Source: a virus
Taxonomy: Duplodnaviria > Heunggongvirae > Uroviricota > Caudoviricetes
IMG/VR virus record: IMGVR_UViG_3300033233_000005
Length of the DNA stretch: 18,124 nucleotides
Strand: one strand, 5' to 3'
Made by a program: the position numbers and the translations under genes. Positions 15,189-18,124 of the stretch are shown here, piece by piece. The notes under the pieces are model-generated. The model searched no databases, was not told the DNA's origin, and was given only the letters and a program-made list of their open reading frames with translations. Numbering within the stretch: position 1 is the first letter of the stretch; the number at the start of each line of letters is the position of its first letter.

Positions 15189-15508
15189 TCCAACCAATAA
15201 TTAACTGCCATAACCAACATTACCTTGGTGTTCTTGGTTTGGCAGATTAGCGGGTCATCTACGTCATCCTGCGACATGTACAGATATTTGGGCATCCCAG
15301 GGTCCGCATATGGGTTCTCAATGCAGAACCCCTTGCTATTCCGCCAGATCGTCGTAGTGTACGACCTTGTCATTAATATATTTCTTAACTGCTCAGCCGA
15401 TTGTGCATCGTTGACCTTACGGTAGATCATCGCGAATCTGGCCTGCCTAGTCCAATCGCGCTGCACGTTCCTAATAATCAGATTGCAGTCAACATCGTCC
15501 ACGGTCAT
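15185..15508 (-). CDS. Hypothetical protein, DP[L/F]-motif family
   Basis: 107 aa. SQDDVDDPLICQTKNTKVML. TAATG-coupled to the upstream gene. Confidence 0.65.
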   Translation of the reverse strand: MTVDDVDCNLIIRNVQRDWTRQARFAMIYRKVNDAQSAEQLRNILMTRSYTTTIWRNSKGFCIENPYADPGMPKYLYMSQDDVDDPLICQTKNTKVMLVMAVNYWLD

Positions 15509-15813
15509 TAGGATGCGTAAACGCGCCGCGTTCCACCACCTCTAGTCTTCACGATTTTACCGCCATCAAGGGGGTCGTGCAGTACACCCTGATTGCCCAC
15601 GATGGTTTTGATAACTTCCTCGATCGGTTTGGTCCATACTGTACTATGGTTGACGCTGGCACCATCAACGGCCCAGTATTTGATCCGATTCGGTAATTTA
15701 CCGATTGTAACATAGTATCGATCATATCTGCCAGTTTCGCTATCCACTTGAAATTCCAGTCCCACGGCTACACCACGATTAAAACGTACGAGTATTCGCG
15801 TTTTCCGCTTCAT
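15508..15813 (-). CDS. Hypothetical protein, DP[L/F]-motif family
   Basis: 101 aa with SD AAGGA. GVLHDPLDGG. Confidence 0.65.
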   Translation of the reverse strand: MKRKTRILVRFNRGVAVGLEFQVDSETGRYDRYYVTIGKLPNRIKYWAVDGASVNHSTVWTKPIEEVIKTIVGNQGVLHDPLDGGKIVKTRGGGTRRVYAS

Positions 15814-15814
15814 A

Positions 15815-16210
15815 TCATTCCTTTTGTGAGATCCTGGGTGCTACTGTATATATCCCGCTCTCTTCCCATTGAAAGGGATCACATACATCATCAGTTAAAT
15901 GCATATTTAAATGTCTCAACACGTCTTTAACAAAATATACGTAACGAGAGCTATAATGCATCGGGCTAGGGGCCAGAATTCCATCAACCGTCACCATAGG
16001 ACTCTCGTTCCACCAAATCTCCCAAGACACCATATCAATACTTTTAAGATCGAATAGTTTAATAAAATGATTGCCATGCACATCTTCTGCTAGTTTAAGA
16101 GCCGTACGCGCATGTGGTAACTGGACGCCTAGACTCTTATCAGTCAACCTGCCATGCTGGTCTAAATACTTGGTAACGCACAACAGGATTTCAAACGATC
16201 TACCTTTCAC
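15815..16210 (-). CDS. Hypothetical protein, DP[L/F]-motif family
   Basis: 131 aa. LTDDVCDPFQWEE. Confidence 0.65.
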   Translation of the reverse strand: MKGRSFEILLCVTKYLDQHGRLTDKSLGVQLPHARTALKLAEDVHGNHFIKLFDLKSIDMVSWEIWWNESPMVTVDGILAPSPMHYSSRYVYFVKDVLRHLNMHLTDDVCDPFQWEESGIYTVAPRISQKE

Positions 16211-16622
16211 TCCAACGCCCCTTTTGCCGATCCCAATATTCCTGGTCTTCCTTGTTTAGACGAGAGACCCATAGGACCTTACATGTTTCGCACACGTGAT
16301 AGCGATGGGCTACACTGATATGGAATCTTCTACTGAAATATTTATTCCAGTTTAATCTATAAGTATGGGCCTCTACCACCTGGCTATATGTCTTACTGCC
16401 ACCACAATATATGCATGTTTCAGATATAGAAGCTGCGTGTAGGTACCTATCTTCCACTGCCTGACCGGACATGGGATACTTAATATACCACCACAACCAT
16501 GCGCCACCGATTATGGCTGATATTAACAGTACGCTAGACAGCGTTCTAATCGGATATTTAACCAGGCGCTTGGGCAGATGCTTCTTGTGGTCTAACTTGA
16601 CGTCACCTATTACAAATTTCAT
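16200..16622 (-). CDS. Single-pass membrane protein with Zn-ribbon-like CxxC...CxxC domain
   Basis: TM LSSVLLISAIIGGAWLWWYI, then CIYC and CETC. ATG 16622 is preferred over GTG 16634. Confidence 0.65.
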   Translation of the reverse strand: MKFVIGDVKLDHKKHLPKRLVKYPIRTLSSVLLISAIIGGAWLWWYIKYPMSGQAVEDRYLHAASISETCIYCGGSKTYSQVVEAHTYRLNWNKYFSRRFHISVAHRYHVCETCKVLWVSRLNKEDQEYWDRQKGRWSER

Positions 16623-17020
16623 GCTGACTTCCACACTATTTTAGCATCTTTAATTTTTAATGTAGCACGGTGAACAATAGGTAATGGGATATACGCATTC
16701 ACCACTGTAAATTCCTGACCATGTGCGCTATTCATATACGGCTCCCAAGCAAATGGATCATGTGTTCTGTCTATAATAGATAACAACGTTTCCAAGCCTC
16801 TCTTAACCGTTAAAACTCCAATGTGAAACGGCTTCCTCTTGGTTCCCACCTTGTCGGATACGCTTTTAAGTGCGGCAAAAGTATCTGTTTTTCTCATTTT
16901 ACGCTTAACCACTATGACGTTTCCTCTCCTAGAATTCCATGGATCAAGCCATAATACGATCCTGCCCCATTTAACAGCGATAAACGCTTGGTTAAAGATA
17001 CCTACTGTCGGCTTACCCAT
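16619..17020 (-). CDS. Hypothetical basic protein, DP[L/F]-motif family
   Basis: IDRTHDPFAWEP. ATG 17020 overlaps the upstream stop. Confidence 0.65.
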   Translation of the reverse strand: MGKPTVGIFNQAFIAVKWGRIVLWLDPWNSRRGNVIVVKRKMRKTDTFAALKSVSDKVGTKRKPFHIGVLTVKRGLETLLSIIDRTHDPFAWEPYMNSAHGQEFTVVNAYIPLPIVHRATLKIKDAKIVWKSA

Positions 17021-17171
17021 ATACAATATTAGCCACTACTATACAATGAATTAATTCAATCATGCCAAATGCTATTAATCCTGCGCCTGGACTATGGTTT
17101 ACTAAGGCTACTCCCACGCCAAATATCGTAGCTATTAATATTACAGCATGGTTTAAATTGGGCTTGAACAT
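17013..17171 (-). CDS. 52-aa two-TM membrane protein (not in the ORF track)
   Basis: Hand translation: MFKPNLNHAVILIATIFGVGVALVNHSPGAGLIAFGMIELIHCIVVANIVYG. SD GGAG 8 nt before the ATG. Fills the gap exactly. Confidence 0.65.
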   Translation of the reverse strand: MFKPNLNHAVILIATIFGVGVALVNHSPGAGLIAFGMIELIHCIVVANIVYG

Positions 17172-17174
17172 TAC

Positions 17175-17363
17175 TTATTCTCCTTTTAATCTAATTTTTA
17201 CTGGTTCAACTTCTGATTCATGGTCGGGGTTGTCTTTATTATACATCATCATTCCAACCAGAGCCTTGGCCTCAGATGAATATATCGCTAGCCCGCCCTC
17301 GTGAGATTCCAAGATATTCCCATGGTCTTTGCAGACTAGCGCATATACGAGGCCGTCGTCCAC
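17175..17363 (-). CDS. Small acidic hypothetical protein
   Basis: 62-aa ORF tiling with its neighbours. Its last codons provide the SD of the next gene. Confidence 0.55.
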   Translation of the reverse strand: MDDGLVYALVCKDHGNILESHEGGLAIYSSEAKALVGMMMYNKDNPDHESEVEPVKIRLKGE

Positions 17364-17371
17364 ACTCAGAT

Positions 17372-17533
17372 TTATACTTTAAGAACTGTCAACGTCATAG
17401 CAATACTACAAAGCATTCCATATAATATATACTCAGTACTGGCTGGGCCATACCAAGACGGTACAAACATAAATCCTGCCATTACGCTGGCACCTGCTAT
17501 CGACCCTAATATCAATTTTAGATTATTTTGCAT
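17372..17533 (-). CDS. 53-aa two-TM membrane protein (not in the ORF track)
   Basis: Hand translation: MQNNLKLILGSIAGASVMAGFMFVPSWYGPASTEYILYGMLCSIAMTLTVLKV. Overlaps the end of 17523-17717. Confidence 0.6.
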   Translation of the reverse strand: MQNNLKLILGSIAGASVMAGFMFVPSWYGPASTEYILYGMLCSIAMTLTVLKV

Positions 17534-17717
17534 TGGGATTACCAACCTTTACGGTCATATTAAAGTTCACACCTTCTATAGGTAATCTGACATTGAGAGG
17601 TTCGTCAGAACCTCTCAACCACATTTTATAGGCTTCTTCTGCCATCAGCAATACCTCTCTACCCAGCTTTTCGGCCTTTTCAGCCTCAACCTCTGCTGCC
17701 GATATGTATTTGGTCAT
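17523..17717 (-). CDS. Small hypothetical protein
   Basis: 64 aa, TAA-ATG coupled to the upstream gene. Confidence 0.6.
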   Translation of the reverse strand: MTKYISAAEVEAEKAEKLGREVLLMAEEAYKMWLRGSDEPLNVRLPIEGVNFNMTVKVGNPNAK

Positions 17718-17918
17718 TTACCCCTGCTTTTTTGCCCTCAGAACCCTCTCCACACCTATATACCACATTATCCACATAGCCGACAGTGGCATAATCCATA
17801 CCAATGCCTGGTACACTCCCATAGTTATCCAAGTCATAACTGCCATGCCAGTATAGACTCCATTACAGGCTAGGGATATCAGCTGTACTATTCTAACCTT
17901 TACTGTTCTATCTAACAT
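17718..17918 (-). CDS. 66-aa two-TM membrane protein
   Basis: Two hydrophobic segments and a basic tail. SD GGAGAG. TAATG overlap. Confidence 0.65.
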   Translation of the reverse strand: MLDRTVKVRIVQLISLACNGVYTGMAVMTWITMGVYQALVWIMPLSAMWIMWYIGVERVLRAKKQG

Positions 17919-18028
17919 TACATCTCTCCAGGTTCCCTGGTATTTGGACCCTGTCTTAATAGCCAGTCATACCCATAGCAGATCGCTGCTACCGCCCCAA
18001 CTATTACCAGAGATACGACTATAACCAT
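17918..18028 (-). CDS. 36-aa single-TM peptide (not in the ORF track)
   Basis: Hand translation: MVIVVSLVIVGAVAAICYGYDWLLRQGPNTREPGEM. The stop overlaps the next ATG (TAATG). Confidence 0.55.
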   Translation of the reverse strand: MVIVVSLVIVGAVAAICYGYDWLLRQGPNTREPGEM

Positions 18029-18033
18029 CCCTA

Positions 18034-18124
18034 TTACACCTTCAACTTCTTTCGCCGCTCAATTACAAAAGCAATATAATGCATAAGCGCATAGCCAAGA
18101 ATCACAGTCGCGTAAAGGTATCCC
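18034..18124 (-). CDS. 3' end of a small membrane protein running off the window
   Basis: Hand translation: ...GYLYATVILGYALMHYIAFVIERRKKLKV*, a TM segment followed by a basic tail. Confidence 0.5.
   Translation of the reverse strand, partial: GYLYATVILGYALMHYIAFVIERRKKLKV

Noticed and set aside
10037-17304. Alternative ORFs such as 10037-10294, 10887-11156, 11122-11505, 13127-13666, 14406-14696, 15225-15425, 15748-15930, 16071-16259, 16839-17054 and 17062-17304
   Set aside because: They overlap better-supported genes on the other strand. For 17062-17304 the minus-strand 52-aa ORF has a good SD and tiles exactly.
4894-17376. Recurring GTATAAA heptamer as a possible phage-specific promoter (near 4894, 11078, 11277, 13078, 14642, 17370)
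   Set aside because: Several copies are inside coding sequence, and the count is close to rough chance expectation for a 7-mer in this AT-rich window.
1-18124. Stop-codon reassignment, CRISPR mini-array, tRNA genes
   Set aside because: Genes end cleanly on TAA, TAG and TGA with downstream SDs or coupled starts. I saw no regularly spaced direct repeats or cloverleaf signatures by eye.

Overview
The window is a stretch of a tailed bacteriophage genome read in the standard genetic code. I found no integrase, tRNA, rRNA or CRISPR array. It has four blocks. (1) 1-9718 (+): virion and lysis genes. These are a 5'-truncated tail-fibre-like gene, two paralogous beta-propeller proteins, two holin-like proteins, two lysozyme-fold enzymes (one with a signal peptide) and a membrane-anchored protein with a beta-strand C-terminus. 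(2) 9772-11060 (-): a secreted Ig-like protein and two small unknown proteins. (3) 11321-15188 (+): a nucleotide-processing operon encoding an HTH-fused metallophosphoesterase, a DUF6899-like protein, an HNH homing endonuclease, a nucleoside-deoxyribosyltransferase/DNPH1-like N-glycosidase, an adenosine-deaminase-family enzyme with altered substrate residues, and a conserved Zn-ribbon protein. (4) 15185-18124 (-): small unknown proteins and several tiny membrane proteins, four of which the ORF track missed. The best candidate for a new system is the phosphoesterase + N-glycosidase + atypical deaminase operon, which may make or destroy a modified purine nucleotide. Also notable are a six-member family of small proteins sharing a DP[L/F] motif and two homing-endonuclease footprints that duplicate host-gene ends. 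All family assignments come from motifs recognised by eye; no database search was run.
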